NCBI RefSeq assembly: GCF_009914755.1
Contig: NC_060929.1
Direction: 5' to 3' (one strand)
DNA from: the human T2T-CHM13v2.0 reference genome, Homo sapiens
DNA length: 64,000 nucleotides
A model generated the notes under the pieces. That model searched no databases. It had not been told where the DNA came from and saw only the letters and a list, made by a program, of their open reading frames with translations. Made by a program: the position numbers and the translations under genes. The first letter of the stretch is position 1, and each line of letters opens with the position of its first letter. Below, piece after piece: positions 43,695-58,500 of the stretch.

Positions 43695-45100
43695 GTGAGG
43701 GGGCGACCACAGGGAAAGAGAACAGGGCCTTCCAGGGGAGAGGGGGCCTCGGGGTCCCTGGGATGGCCAGTGGAGGAGTGGGGGTGGAGGTGGCCCTTCT
43801 TGCGGGTGCCTGTAGGGCCAGGGCCCTGGCAGGGCCTGGCTGTCTGGGACGGAAATGCCAGCTCTCCTGTTAACTGAAACCACATGTGTCTCCCAGGCAG
43901 CGGGGCAGAGACGCCGCCAAGCCTGGGGCTTGGGGCTGGGGGAGAAAAGATGCAGCTGGCCCCACCATGTGCCCCAGGGTGGGTGAGGGGCTGTGCAGGA
44001 GGGCTCGGGGTCATTTGCATCCGTACAAGTGAGAGTGTGTCAGAGTGTGAGTGAATGAGTTCTGTGCGTGTGCTTGTTGTATGAATGAGCGTGTGTGCAC
44101 ATGCGAGAGCCTGTCTGCAGGTCGGTGGGGTATTCCTGCTTGCAGGGCTGAAGTGGCCTCCTGTGGCCTAAGTCCTGGGCACACTCCTACCTGTCACCCA
44201 GAGCTTGGGAGCCTGCTGGCTGCCCCCTGGGAGGGTCCTCTGGGGTGAGAGGACACTCACCTGAGTAGGGGGTGGTCCTCACTGTGCAGAGACTCCCTTG
44301 TGACCACCATCCTCCTTCATTCCTTTTCTTTCAGCCCAGCTCAGTCTTCTGGCACCTGCACAACCTCTGCCCATTTCCCTGGGGGAAAAGCTGATAAGTA
44401 GAGCAAGGAGGTGATAACAATCTCGGCTCCCACATCTGTTTTCATCTTTTTCAGAGCAGTCACCTCCAGGAGCTCGGCATCACCACTGTAGCCCTGGCAG
44501 GTGAGAAAACCTAGCCTGAGTGAGGGACAGCTTCCTTATGGCCATCGGGGAGACAGTGGTGGGCCATCCAGACTCATCGGGGGCACAGAGGACACTGGGA
44601 TGTGGGCTCAGCCTTGGTGCGAGGCTGGAGTCCACACTTTCAGGTTCTGTGGCAAATGGGGCTCCCAGAGGGCCTAGGTGACCTGAGTCCTGGATCATCT
44701 CTCCTTAAGGAATGAGCCTTACTGGGCGCCAGGCTCTGGGTTCTGGTGGTGGCCCTGCCACTGCCTTGCTACGGATGTTGGACACGTCTCCTCCTGTCTC
44801 CGGGCCTGTTTCCCTATCCCCACAATGGCAGAGTTGGGCCAGGATAGTGTTTTCCAAAGTCTGGTGTGTGCACCTCTGGCAGCCCATGAGACGGTGCCAT
44901 GTAGACTGCCAATTTTCATTGTAACAAGGAGTGTGTGTTGTTTTTACCTACATTAGGGAAAGGTGTCTAAATAGCATATCAAGCCAGCGGGTAGTTGGAA
45001 ATAAAGGAATAATGGACCCAAATGAATAAAAGCCGGGGATCAGGAGAAGATCCTTGTGTTCTGTCCCTTTTGGCAATGGGCTGTCATTACGCTTCCAGCA

Positions 45101-45345
<245 letters not shown>

Positions 45346-45500
45346 CGCTTTCATCATTTTAAATGTTCCTAAGAGCGTTGGTTTTGACTGTCTAGGGCCT
45401 GAAGGTGTGATCTGCTATGTAGGCCATCTTTTGGCCCCCACAAACTAGCAACAGCCCTGTAATTCTGTGATTACAGAGTGGAAAGCCCAGTTGCCACCTT

Positions 45501-45504
<4 letters not shown>

Positions 45505-45552
<48 letters not shown>
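45505..45552. repeat. (TG)24 microsatellite
   Basis: Perfect run. Confidence 0.95.
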
Positions 45553-45553
<1 letters not shown>

Positions 45554-48253
45554 TGTATGCTGTGAGTGCTATGTGGGAAGGGGCAGGGGATGGAATGCGC
45601 AGAGCTGGGGAAAAGATCAGCCATCCTGAGTAAAAGCTGGATGCCCAAGGTCACAGGCAAGGAGTTTGGGAAAGAGATTGTCCCCTGACTGACATTTTCA
45701 AGTGCTTTGTCCGGCCTCAGCCTGGCTTTGAATCACCAGGATGGGTGGGTAGGCGAGAGGCCACCCTGGCCTTGGCCTTTCCTGCCATTCAGCTCTGGCT
45801 CCCAGGCCACTTGGCTGCGTTTTATCTGCCAGCCCAGGACTAGCCAGGGAGAGGTGCACTGGGAGGGTGCAAGGGTTCTGGGGGGGCCCCTTGGCAAAGC
45901 TCCCCAGTCACTTCTCCAGGCAAAGCTGGTCAGAGCTGGCATCTTTCAGGACATACTCCCTCACCCTCCTCCCTTTCTGCTAGATTTGCTGTTGCCGTTA
46001 GTGTTACTTGTGACCACAGTTGCTTATATGTGGATATTCATTGGTGATTTGTCTCATCACCAGCTCTTTAGGGTAGCCTGACCCTGCTCTGCTGCAGGAA
46101 ATGCAGCTCTCGGGACCATTCTTTCTTGTCTTGTCCTGCAACAGGCAAAGGGTACCAAGCTTTGGCTCCAGGATGTGGACAGCATCCTTGGGTAGGGACG
46201 AATTCACAGTCCCTTCTTGGTGAGGCAGAGATGCAGAGGAAGGAGCACAGGGCTGGGTCCACCTGATCCCTGACCCTGACATGCAGTGTGACCCTAGGCA
46301 AGCTCCTTGCCCTCTCTGGCCCACCTCTCCTCTGGCCCCAGGAGGCATTGTCCTTGATGAGGCTAAAGCGATTCTCTAGTGCTGCCCTAGGATGAAACAA
46401 AATGCTATTTCCAGGAGACTCTTGTTCTTATGGAAGGGTGCCTTTCCTAGGGGGAAGAACCTTGTGAGTTTTGGAGTTGGGCTTCCTGGAGATGGGCATA
46501 TGGAGTCATCCACAGTCCTTGGGCCTGGATTCCCTTGAATCCTGTTTCAAACCCTGGGGAAGCTGCTGGCCATGATCAGGGGCATAGCCTCTGCCTGCAG
46601 AACATGCCACATTCTAACTGACCTTCAGTGGCCTTGTGGGTCCTGCTGAACCACTAGCAGCTATACCCAAGGCCAAGGGCAAACAGAGATCTGCTTCATG
46701 CTGTCCTGGCATGGGCACGGTTATAGAGAGATCTGCCTGACCAGGGAGCGGGAGGTGGCACTGCTATGTGGGGAGGATGAGCGCTTAAAGAGCAACTGCG
46801 TCCCAAAGAAACATTCTCATTTAAAAGCAAAACTGTTCCCATAACTGTGGTCTGCTTAAGTAAGCCACCCTGTTGGGCTAAGGAATGGGGTGCAGATGGA
46901 GGCTGAAGATTCTAGAACTTATTCACCGACAGTGATGCCCTGGGTTCTTGACTTCCTTAGATTTTACTTTGATTTCTTTTTCCTGGGTTTGGTAGGGGCA
47001 GTGTGTGGAAGTGGCAACAATGCAGTTTATCTATGGAGTCACATCCATATCTACCGGTGGCAATGTTAACTTTAGGCGAGGAAAAACTGAAGGTAGCTGC
47101 TGGGTGAGGCAAAAAGAAAAAGAAGAGAAACTAGGTGACCCCGTGCTCTGCTCCTGTAGTAGCCGTGGGAGCTCACCAGGCGACTGCGTCTCAACTCCAC
47201 CTTCCTGACCTGTAAAATGGATTGTCGTGAAAATTCACGAGGTGGCGGCACAGAAGCCCTGGCACACACTGCGGCTGGCACTGAACAAATTGTAGCTCAA
47301 AGGTATCAGGCCTGCTGATAGCTCTGCTGGCTTAAGGAGGGGGTGTGATTGTCATTTTACAGAGGGGAGAATGCGGAAGCAAATGATATGCCCTAAGATG
47401 AGAGAAGAGCACCAACTCTTCTGCAGGCCTGGGTTCCAGTCCCATCCCCGCTCCCCATGGCTCCATAACTTCAAGCAGATTACTTAATCCCACCACGTCT
47501 GTGTTTCCTCATCTGTAAAGTGGGCAGGAATAGCACCTACCTCACAAGGCAGTTATGCGGATGAAATGAGCCAACCCTAAGCTCCTGGCACATAGTAGGT
47601 GCTCAATGAACACTCCTCTAGCTGAATGGAAACCCAGAGGCCTTTGCTCCTCAAATTGCTCCCCTCTGATAGTCCCTGCAGTTCCAAGTTGGGACCACGG
47701 CCTTTGTGAGTAGTGAGGTTGGACGGTCAGAGGCCCTGAGCCCCAGGTGGGGCTCTCCCTGAGGCTGGTCTCAAATCTTGCCATAAACACTACCAAAAGC
47801 ACTTCTTGGAATGTTCTCCCTGAGTCTCCCAGGTTGGCGGGTGGTCAGGACTAGCACTCTTCCTTGTCACTGATAGCAGGGATGGTATGATGGTTCATAC
47901 CTGAAGGATATTTAAAGAGATGAGGAAACTCAGAAAATTGAGGCTCAGATAGGGAAGGGGCCTCTGTGGGATCAATGTGGCAACAAGGCAGGGATGGAGG
48001 GGTGGGGGCAAGAAGGTAGGAAATCTTATGGGGAGAGGGGAAGGGGAGGCCCTTGGTACTTACCCGGACAGGGCCTCCTTCCCAGCTTCACTGGAGCAGG
48101 AATGGGTTAAAGGGGACCGGAAAGGAGAGGAAGAAAGCAAACAGAGTCAGGAGAAAAGCCTGGAGCTGCAAGCTCACTGGGGTTGTTTGGTCTGGCTGGA
48201 CCACCTCCTGGGCCACTCCCAGCAGCTCTGCAGACAGACTCCAACCACCCCCA

Positions 48254-48262
48254 CCACACACA

Positions 48263-48296
<34 letters not shown>

Positions 48297-48720
48297 GATA
48301 TGCACACACTGATACACAGAGACACGTACAGACACACACATAAATATAGGCACAAACGCACGACAGTCACACAGACACACAAATACACACAGACAGATAT
48401 ACATAGACACACACAGATGCATACATACGTACCCAGAGACACATATACATCACACTTACACACTGTTACAAAGATACACACAAAGAAACACAATTACACA
48501 GATTACACACAGACACATATATACAAAATGCCACATAGAAACACGTACAGACACACAGATACACGCCCAGACACGTACATGTGCACACATACACACACGT
48601 GGATATCATGCAGATATCATGCAGATATCCACATAAACACAAGATTCACATACAAACATACACAATGAATACATATACACACAGACAGACATAGACACAG
48701 ACACGCACACAGACACACAG
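48254..48720. repeat. long degenerate (CA)n tract
   Basis: Directly visible. Confidence 0.9.
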
Positions 48721-49639
48721 CAGAAGAAGCTCCAAGCTGGAGGACAGATGCTGGGATGGCGTGTTTCTGTAGCTACTTCTGGTTCAACCTGCTCCCCTCT
48801 GCCCCAACAACTTACACAGTCTCAACCCCCTCACTGCAGTAATACCTACTGTATACTGGGCACTGCCACTGTCAGGCTCTGTTCTAAGCTCTTATATTGT
48901 TTCATCCTCACAACCACCCAGTGAGGTGGGCACTGTGATTATTCTTGATTTGTACATGGAGAAGAGGGGAAGTCACTTGCCCAAGGCCACACAGTTCGTT
49001 TTTGGCTTCTCCAAGGCAGGCTGCCTGTGTGCAGAGCCGGCTGCCGAACCATGCTCCCACACTGTCCCAGAGCACTGGGCTCTTGCTCTGCGCCGGGCAT
49101 GGGGACCAGCACTTTCACCTCCAATATTGCCATGCCCTGTGGAGCAGCAACATGATTTTGCCTTTTCTCAGGTCCAGGGAGGGAAAGTGACCTGCCCACA
49201 GTCACAAGGGTTGGAAGGAACAGGGCTGAACGTCTGAGTGTGTGCTGAGCCAAGGCTTCAGTGAGGAGGAGAGGCAGGTGACAGGGGCTGGCCAACCGAG
49301 CAAATCTACAGTTAGGCTGAGCGCCCCTCAGCCGCCTCTTTCAGTGTCTTCCTTTCCTTGACCTGCCCCCAACTCCTGAGCCTGTACTTCTATCCTCCAG
49401 CCCTTCCCTGTCCAGTATCTGATGCCCTCACACTTGTTCTTCATCCAGCCTCAACAACTGTGTCCTGAATGGATTTAATAGTAGCCTTGGATAACTGTTG
49501 ACAAAACATATTTCCCTTCCATTATTTTATTTCATCCTACATTGGGGGGAGGGGGAGGGGGTTATTATCTTTTGATAGACTTGAGTCTGGGCTCCAGTCC
49601 TTACTGAGAGTCCTTGTCAGCATGATGCCAAACTAACTT

Positions 49640-49900
49640 AAATACGTGTCAGGTCCTCCATTGGGCTCAAAATGCCAACTGCCTAGGTACAGGATGTGGG
49701 AGATATGGCATAAAAGTAGCAGTTATTTAGTGACGTCTTTGTGGGCCATAAGCGTAATAGGAACATAGCTGTCGAAAGAAAAAAAAAGCAAATCTGATGT
49801 TAGGCTGCATTAATAAAGGTAGAATGTCCAGAGTGAAGGAGGTTATGGTCTTACAATGCTCTGTGCTGGTCTGGGTTTCCTGTAATATTGGGGTCAGTTT
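49640..49900 (+). mobile_element. L3/CR1 fragment
   Basis: 'gttaggctgcattaataaaggtagaatgtccaga...ctctgtgctggtc' resembles the L3/CR1 3' region. Confidence 0.6.
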
Positions 49901-50234
49901 ATTTCTACTGAGGAGTTTCTCATTCTCTGCTTGTTTACCACAAGTGACACGGAGCTCAGTACCTATTGAGGCACGTAATAACCCAAGGAATCACTTAGCC
50001 CAATGCCAAGGGGTGCCAGGATAGCTGATCTTTATTGAAGACTTTCTTTGCCAAGCACATTTAAATGAGAGGTAGGTACTATTATTATTCTAGTTTTACA
50101 GATGAAGAAACTGAGGAACAGAGGGTGATATAACTTGACCCAGGTCTCACAGCTGGTACGTGGCAGAATGCAGTGCTGGAGTATGGCAGTGGAGACCAGC
50201 CCTCCTGACTGCAATGCCAGCACTGTCCCCTGAA

Positions 50235-50556
50235 ACGTAATGCGAGCACAGATGTAATATTACATTATCTAGCAGGTACACTAAAAAGTTAAAAAAAAAA
50301 AAGGTGGAAAAAAGAAGCCCATGAAATCAATTTTAATAATGCATTTATTTAAACTCCAAATAGCGTCATGTTAACATGTAATAAATGTAAGAAAAAAACT
50401 TGTTAATGAGAAATTTTACATTCTTTTTTTGGTACTAAGTCTTGGAAATCTGGTGTCTATTCTTTATTTACAGCACATCTCAATGTGGGCTAGCCACATT
50501 TCAAGTGCTCAGTAGTGCATGTGGCTAGTGGCCGCCATGTTGGACGGCACAGTGCT
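50235..50556. mobile_element. MER33/MER3-like hAT-Charlie element
   Basis: Terminal 'ctagccacatttcaagtgctcagtag..catgtggctagtggc..ttggacggcacag'. Confidence 0.8.
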
Positions 50557-51179
50557 ATACTATATTTCCTTTCGAGGCACTCGCTGTGGTATAGCCTAGT
50601 GTGTAGGAAGAATCCATAAATGTCAGCCACTAGTATAATTATTTTTATCACTGGTTGTTGTTGGTGGTGGTCCAGGAAGAAGCTGGACTGAGGCCCCAAG
50701 CCCTTGGCATAAACTGTGCACTGATGTCACTCTTCTTAATCCAAGTCCTTCAACCCAGGAGCTTGATGTCTCACAGGCAGAGCCACCTTCATGAACCTTT
50801 GGCCCATGGACCCAAAAGGGCCAGCATGACTTTCTAGGAGAGGAAGAGAGGCCAGCCAGAAGCCCCTCCATCTTCCTGGCTGGCCAGCTGGGTACCACAT
50901 GAAGTGAAGCTTCCTTGGGACCTATAAGCCTGTGGCCCATCTGCTCTGGAGTGTGAGGCAGCCGGGCCCACATCTGCAAAGGAGAGGGTAAGAGCCTCTC
51001 CTCCCATGGTTTCTTTAGGCTGGTTAGGCTTTTAAACAGAAAAAACAAATGAATAAAACCCACTATTTTTAATACATTTTTTTTTTCCTGAAACCCCAGG
51101 AGTTAAACAATGGAGCAGTGATGTGGGGTCTGCACTTTCCCCATCCCTGTATGATCTCTGGGCATCTACATAGTGCTTG

Positions 51180-51365
51180 CAAAGAGTGAGGGTTCCCAAA
51201 CCTACCTGCGCATAGGAACAACCTGCGAAGCTTCAAAATACGCTGATCCCAGGTCCTACCCCCAGAAGCTGTGATTTAATTTGTCTGGGGTGTGGCCAGA
51301 GCTTTGGAATGTATAAAAGATCCTCAGGTGATTCTGATGAGGTGGACAAGTTTGGGAATTGCCAT
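51180..51365. mobile_element. MER5A-like MITE
   Basis: 'tctggggtgtggccagagc...caggtgattctgatg...agtttggga'. Confidence 0.65.
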
Positions 51366-51540
51366 GCTAACCCTTAGGGGCACCAGCTCCGGTAGCCCTC
51401 ACAGTTGCTATGATGCAGGCGTGGTTAGGGTTCCCACTCCACAGATGAAAGATTGGAGGCTCACAGAAGTAAAGTAACCGGGGCAAGTTCAGACAGTCAG
51501 GAAATGGGTATGATAGGGATTCACTAGTCATGGTTTTAAC

Positions 51541-51740
51541 CAGCGGTGTGTGGATAAATGTCTAACAACTTGCTCTCTGGAGAAAAAAAAGCTTTGATTT
51601 GTAGCACCTGCCAGTTTCTGTGGTGTAACTACTCCCACCGTGGCCCATTTTAAGCCATTGACAATGTCCCTGAATGCAGAGCTGGGAAAGGGTGCATTGG
51701 CTGTTGAGACAGTGTGGCTGGCTTCAGCACACAGCTGGGC
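51541..51740. mobile_element. MER63-like hAT element
   Basis: Ends cagcggtgtg...cagcacacagctg; internal 'ggtgtaactactcccaccgtggcc'. Confidence 0.7.
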
Positions 51741-51786
51741 CACTTGGCATGGAGAAGAAGGGATCCCATTTGGTAGGCATGGTTAA

Positions 51787-52129
<343 letters not shown>

Positions 52130-55100
52130 TAGTCCTTGAACCCTTTCTGCAATGCAATATTTGGGAGCCCCAATGTATGCAACAGATAAAAAGCAGTATG
52201 TTATCAGCATAAGTTTACTATAGAAACCGAAATCATAGTATCCGTCTCAGTCTCTTGTTTAAACTGGGGGACAGGGTGAGGGGGCACTGTGAATGTGGCG
52301 GGGGGGGGGGGCAGTGTGGAGCAGTCTCAGAGCCAGGGCCCTGTGTGCCAGCCCTCTCCCCCTCTGCTGACTGCGTAGCCTTGGGCAAGTCCCTCCCCAT
52401 CTGAGCCCCCATTTTCTGGTGTGGCCAAGGGAGACTGGACTTTGTGCAGAGTGGCCTCTGCCCTGCCACACCCCTGCCTGACCTCAGCCAGTCTCAGCCC
52501 CGTATTTATAGCCATGACTTCAGTCTCCCCAGTTCCTCTGAAGCTGGTTCCCTGGCCCATGTATTTATAAACCCAGCAGGGCAGAAATAGATGTGACGTA
52601 CTGGGGACTTGGCTGGTTCTGTGAGCAGGCTGGCTTCAGTGAGTCCACTTGGAACAGGCTTGAGTGCCCCAGCATCCTGGGTGCTGAGTTCCACAGGCAG
52701 TCTAAAGCTGGAAGAGCATTTTGAGACCCCAGGCCCAGGCTTGTCATTGTGCAGGGAGGTCACCAAAGCCCAAGAGTGGAGGCATGTGGCCACGGTCACA
52801 GGCACGGCAGAGCCAGAGCCAGAACAAAGGACTCTGTGCTGTGTGAAATGGCCTCTCCCCAGACCCTCAGAAAACCTCCAGTGACCACGCCAGGCCACAG
52901 ACACCGGTCAGGTTCCAGCTTGGTCATTTTCCTGCTCTGGGATCATGGGCACAGACTCACCCTCTGTGAGCCTCTGCTTCCTCAATCTGTTAACTGAGGG
53001 ATAACAGTAGGTGCCTGCCTCATAATGTTATTGTGAGGAAGAAACAAGAAACAAGATTGATACAGTGCCCAGCACATGCTCAATATTCAATACGTGGTAG
53101 CTCTTGTAATGCCCTCAGTCACCACTTCACAAAAACAATAATTATAATAACAACAGCTGTTTCTATTGAGCATGTACACAGGTTACCTTATTTAATCCTC
53201 ACAGCAATATGATATCATTATTATTGTCCTCAAACTCATTGCATATCATGTGTTTTACAGTGAGGAGATGCTCTACCAATAACGAACTTGGAAAAGAATG
53301 TTCCAAAAAAAGAATGCTAACATATGAAATCTTATTTTTTATATACAAGATTACAAAAAATACTCATTTCTAAATAGTAGACATATTCAGAATGGAATAG
53401 GAAGGTTCTAAAATGGTGAACAATTGAATAATCAGAATATTAGCCTAAGAAATATGTCTCCCAAGGGTTTGTAGGGCTTATGTTTCTAAGTTTGTCACCT
53501 AATGTTGGTTTGTGTTTTTTTTATAATTGCATATGAGGATTTAACATAATAGTGAACTTGAAATGCATATGCTATACAAAACACGGAATGGCATCTGTTA
53601 AGATTTGTTATGTTCATAGCAGTTTCTTTATCTTAATGACACGTAGCACTCCCAGGCCGCCTTTCTGGCTTATTTTTCCACCGTATTTAACACCATCTGA
53701 CATACTTTCTTATTTATTTATCTGTCCACCCCAGCTAACATGTGAGCTTCACGTGGGCAGAGTTTCTTTCTCTTTTGTTCACTGTGTACTGCCAGCACTT
53801 AAAATAGTGATGGCACTTAGCAGGCGTTCTGTGAATATGCATTGAGTGAACAAATGAGTAAATGAATGACTGAGTCTCCATTCTACCAGGAGGGCACCTG
53901 AAATTCAGTAAGATGCAGGGACTCATCTGAAGTTACCCACTATTCTGAGGCTGAACTGAAGCCTTGTCTCTCCTGAGACCACCCAGTGTGCCCAGCTGGA
54001 AGTTCTTCCCAACCTCTCACCACTACCTCGTGCCAAGGGCTGGTTTCCTATGGCTCCTGGGGCTCCCCCCAGCTCCACCTCATGCCCATCCAACACTGGT
54101 CCCTTCTGCCCCAGGAGGTGGGCAGAAATGGAGGGAGGACTAGGGAGGAAGGAGAAGGGGTCAGAGTAGGCTGGGCGGTTGGGATGGTTGATACTGATGG
54201 CTGCTGAGGAAGGGAGGAAGGATGCCAAGATTGGTCAGTCTGTCCTGAAGGACTAGAAGAAGGGATCGGGACCGTGGGATCATGGTGGACATCCCTCTGG
54301 GACTGACTACCCCAACTGGAAAACACTGGAAATGGGCAAGGCCAAGGAGAATTCAGGTGTAGCAGCAACCTTGCTGCTACCGCTCCCACTAACCACTTTG
54401 CTCAAGGCCTTTCTCAGCTGGAGAAACTGAGGCCTGGTAAAAGAAAGTGATTCTTCCAAGAATGCAGAGCAAGGTAATGGAAAATGCTGGGGTTTCTCAT
54501 GCTTACTAGCTCTGGAGGTTGGAAGGGCTTGGAATTCCCCGCCTTTGGAGCCATGAGGAAGAAACCCCCAACCTTGGATCTCATCCCCTCTTTGGGAGAG
54601 AAACACTAAGGCAGGAACATAGGTCAGGTTCGCAAGGACAACAAAAGCTTTCTTCCTGTTGTCAGGGAGAACTTAGCTCTGGATAGACCAGACAGTTCCC
54701 CTACCCTAGACTGGTGCTGAGGGTGCTTCCAGACAGGAATCTGGTGGGCAGGTGCACCTGAGCCATCTGAACCCGTTCAGAGTCACCTTTTCCTCAGGAT
54801 GCCTCCATTTTGCTCCTAGGTTACACCTACAGTCAATCTCCTGGCCACCCCACATGTATTGTTTCATTTGATATATATTACGCATCTACAATATGCCAGG
54901 CAATGTACCAGACATCAGAGAGAAGCTCCTTCCTCCCTCCCATCCTTCCATTTCCCATTCCTCTCTTTCATTCGTTCATCTTTTCATTCTTTCGCTCAAC
55001 AACTACTTATACCATTGAGAAAGTACAGCCTTATGGATAAGAGTGACATTTGGAGCTAGACCATCAGGATGTGAACCTTGACTCAATCGCTCACTAGCTG

Positions 55101-55284
55101 TGTGAGCTTGGCAAGTCATCGCAGCTCCATTTCCTTATCTGCACAATGGGGATAATAATAGCACCTTCCTTATAGGGTGTGATGAGGATCAAATGAGCTG
55201 CTGCAAATGAAGTGTCTGAATAGCACCTGACAGAGTAAACACTCCATATACATCAGCTATTATCATTGTTACTGGTTTTGTGTT

Positions 55285-55594
55285 TTGTTCTTCTTTTCTT
55301 TTTTCTTTTTTCTGAGACAGGGTCTCACTCTGTCACCCAGGCTGGAGTGCAGTGGCACAATCATGGCTCACTGCAGCCTTGACCTCCTGGGCTCAAGCAC
55401 TCCTCCAGCTCAGCCTTTCAAGTAGCTGGGAGTACAGGTGTGTGCCACAATGCCTGGCTAATATTTAATGTTTTGTAGAGACGGGGGTCTCACTATGTTG
55501 CTCAGGCTGGTCTCAAACTCCTGGGCTCAGGTGATCATCTCACCTTTGCCTCCCAAAGTGCTGAGATTACAGGCATGAGCCACTGGTCCTGGCC
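55285..55594 (-). mobile_element. Alu (AluJ)
   Basis: Antisense dimer. Confidence 0.9.
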
Positions 55595-58500
55595 TGTTGC
55601 TTTATGTGCCTGGACCTGTGCCAGCTGCTGAAGAAATTGCTCCAAAATTCTCCTCTTGCTGGGACCTCTGCCTGCCAGCCAGCCCTTTTTTCAGTCCCAT
55701 GCCTGCTGGTCTGGCCATGTTGCCTCCAACCCAAACCTACAGAGCTGGGCCTTGCAGTCATTTCCCCCAACCGTGTAGGGCTGCCCACCCCCCTACTTTG
55801 TCTCTCCAGCCAGCAGGAGAGAGCCTAGGCAACCAAAGGCTGTCACAAACTGGCCATCTTCTCAGCCCTTCCATACATGCCCTAACCTCAGCCTATCCAA
55901 GCCCGCCTCGTTCTTCAGAGTCATCCCCAGTGGTCCTGCCTTCTTGCCTTCACTGGGCCTTGATGGATGATCTTTACCCCAGGAAACCTTTCCTCACTCC
56001 CCTCAGCCAAGAATCATAAGATTTGGCTTTGAGCCTGCATTTGCAGTGTTGCTTTATCTGTGAGCAATGAGGAGCCATGGAATGCTCTTGAGCAGGTGAG
56101 CAACACAGTCAGAGCCACACTCTAGGACAATGGATCAGACTTTCTATAGGATGGAAACAGGAAGAGACAGCAGGTGGGGAGGTCAGGTAGAGAGCCATGG
56201 GCAGTGGGGCCTTTGGAGGAATGAGGGTCTAGTCTTCCTGGGCTGCTTCTCCCTTCTCCGCCCTATAGCCTTCCACCTATAAAATTAGATCTTGTGATTT
56301 CCCCAGCCTGACTCAGTGAGGCAATGGAAGAGTCGAAACAAGGACCCCATGCCCTGACTTCTGCAATGCACCTACTTAAGCCCTAATGCTCAGCACCCCT
56401 CACTCCCTTTCCCTTCTTCTACAGCTTACAAGGGAGGCTCTTTTGACCCATGGGGACCCTGCAGATGATGGGGAATCAGAAGGAGGCTGGACTGTGCCTT
56501 ATAATCATTGCAGTCTGTGCACACCAAGCACTTGGGGCCCCGAATGCCAGGCTCACCAAGCGTCTGTAGAGCCCAGCAGGTGAGCAGCACACAGCAATGC
56601 TTCCTCATTCCCCACTGGGTGAAGGAATAAGCCTATATTTTCTCTATTAATCCCTACAAACACCCTGGGAAGTGGATCGTGTTTTAAGCCTTGTTTTGCA
56701 GGCAGTAAAAGTGAAGCTCAGAAAGATAAGAGACATGTCCAGGGTCAGGCAGCCACTGGGTGAGAATTCCAACCCAGACCTGATGCCAAAGCCAGTGCCC
56801 TTCCCCCACCACACACACAGCAGCAGAAGGGATGCCAGGGCCCCAAGGCCATTGCAGAAGCCAACAGTTGGAGCCCTGGGGTGTCTTGGCCGGCCCTCAG
56901 ACTGTGGAGCACCTGACGCTCAGCCGGTCCTCTGGTCCTGGGGGCCCCTGCTTGGACTCATGCAGAGGTGAAGGGGAGGGAGAAGGGGAGGCTGACCCCT
57001 CAGAGGGAGCAGGGCTTATGTGAGGAGCTAGAGTCTAAGGGTCTGGGTACCTGCGTTCCAGTGCAGCGCCTACCTCTGGCTTGCCATACAACTGCAGGTA
57101 AATCCTTCCCCTCTGGGTTCAGAGTTCTCCTCTCTGAGATGAGGACAGCGTGTTCTGTGGACTCTATCAGCCATTTCTGCCAAGGCTCAAGTATTTTAGA
57201 GCTTGTGTCCAGATGAGGGTCATGAATCTGGGGGAAATGGAATTAGAAGTTGGTAGGACTCCCTCCCATGTCTGTGGAGTCTGCAGCAGGTGCTCTCCTA
57301 CCCACAGAGGAGATCCGCCCTCATGGATGGGTTGGCCATCTGAGCGATGGCTGAGTCCAGCAACCCCAGGAGCTGTGGGGGTCCCTGGAGTCTGCAGCTG
57401 CTGAGAGCAGTGAGTACAAGCACAGACCTTGGCTGCCTCCATTCACATCCTGCTTTGCCATTTCCCACCCGTGTGACTCTGAACACAGTACTTACCTCTC
57501 CGTGCCTCAGTTTCCTCCTGTATAGACTGCACTGACACAGCAGGAGTGTCAGGTAAAGGGCTGGGTTCAGCACCTAGCAGGTGCTCAGTTAGTGGCAGCT
57601 GCTATTATTGTTTCGGGTCCCGACCCCCACAGCTCCTGCACAGAGGTGGGTGCTGTGGGGCTCAGGCTTGCATAGGGCCTGCCCAAGCTCCCCGACTGGG
57701 TTGGGAGTCCTCCTTCCTCCTTGGGAGGGAACCTTGAATTGGAGTGCTCCTGCCAACTCCTCCCTCCTGGCTTGGCAGCGTGAAGACAACGCCGGCCAAA
57801 AATATTTGTGTGGGTGGCGGAAAGTTAACTTTTCCGCCTCTCTCTTCTTTCCTGGAAACCGTGGCCACCGTCAAATACATCAAAACAGAAGCAGGGATAG
57901 AGTGAGGCGAGGCCCCTGCGGGGAGTCAGAGGAGCCCTGCCCCCTCCCCACGCCCACTCCTTCTGCCTCCGGCCATCTGGCTCTACGGTGGGGGGATGAC
58001 GGAGGTGGGTATCCAAGTGCTTAGAATCAGGGGATCCTGCAATGCCACAGTTGGACGGATCCTCCAGCATCATCTGGCTCAGTCTCACCATGGTGTCCTC
58101 CGGGAATCTGACTACAGAGTGCGAAAAGCACCTGCCCCAGTTCACAGTCCTGTCTCTTCTGAGTGCTGCTGGCCTTTGTGAGATTCTAAGATTCTTTGAA
58201 ACTCAAATGGCAGAAATCTGGCAGCAGCTGGTGAGTGAGAAAGCACCTGGAGATGAATGAGGGCCTGGAGCCTCTCCTCCATGTCTCTGAATCCACCATC
58301 ATGGTCAAGGTGTCAGAGCTAGGTTGGAATCCCAGCCTGGCCACTTATTAGCTGTGTGCCTTAGGCAAGAAGTCACTTCACCTATCTGAGCCTCAATTTC
58401 CTCACCTCTGAAATGGGATAATAATAAGGTAATTCTCTCATAGGGTTGATGTGAGAAATTACGGCAATAACCTAAGTGAATGACCCAAGATAGAAGAGGT

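Noticed and set aside
47225-47248. CTCF-like TCACGAGGTGGCGG overlapping a short palindrome
   Set aside because: Mismatch at a key core C, no upstream motif, and it lies within a MIR; too weak to call.
56871-56930. PWGVLAGPQTVEHLTLSR, superficially like a PDZ PWGFRL motif
   Set aside because: It needs gaps, has no donor at its end, and no matching second exon was seen downstream; probably chance.
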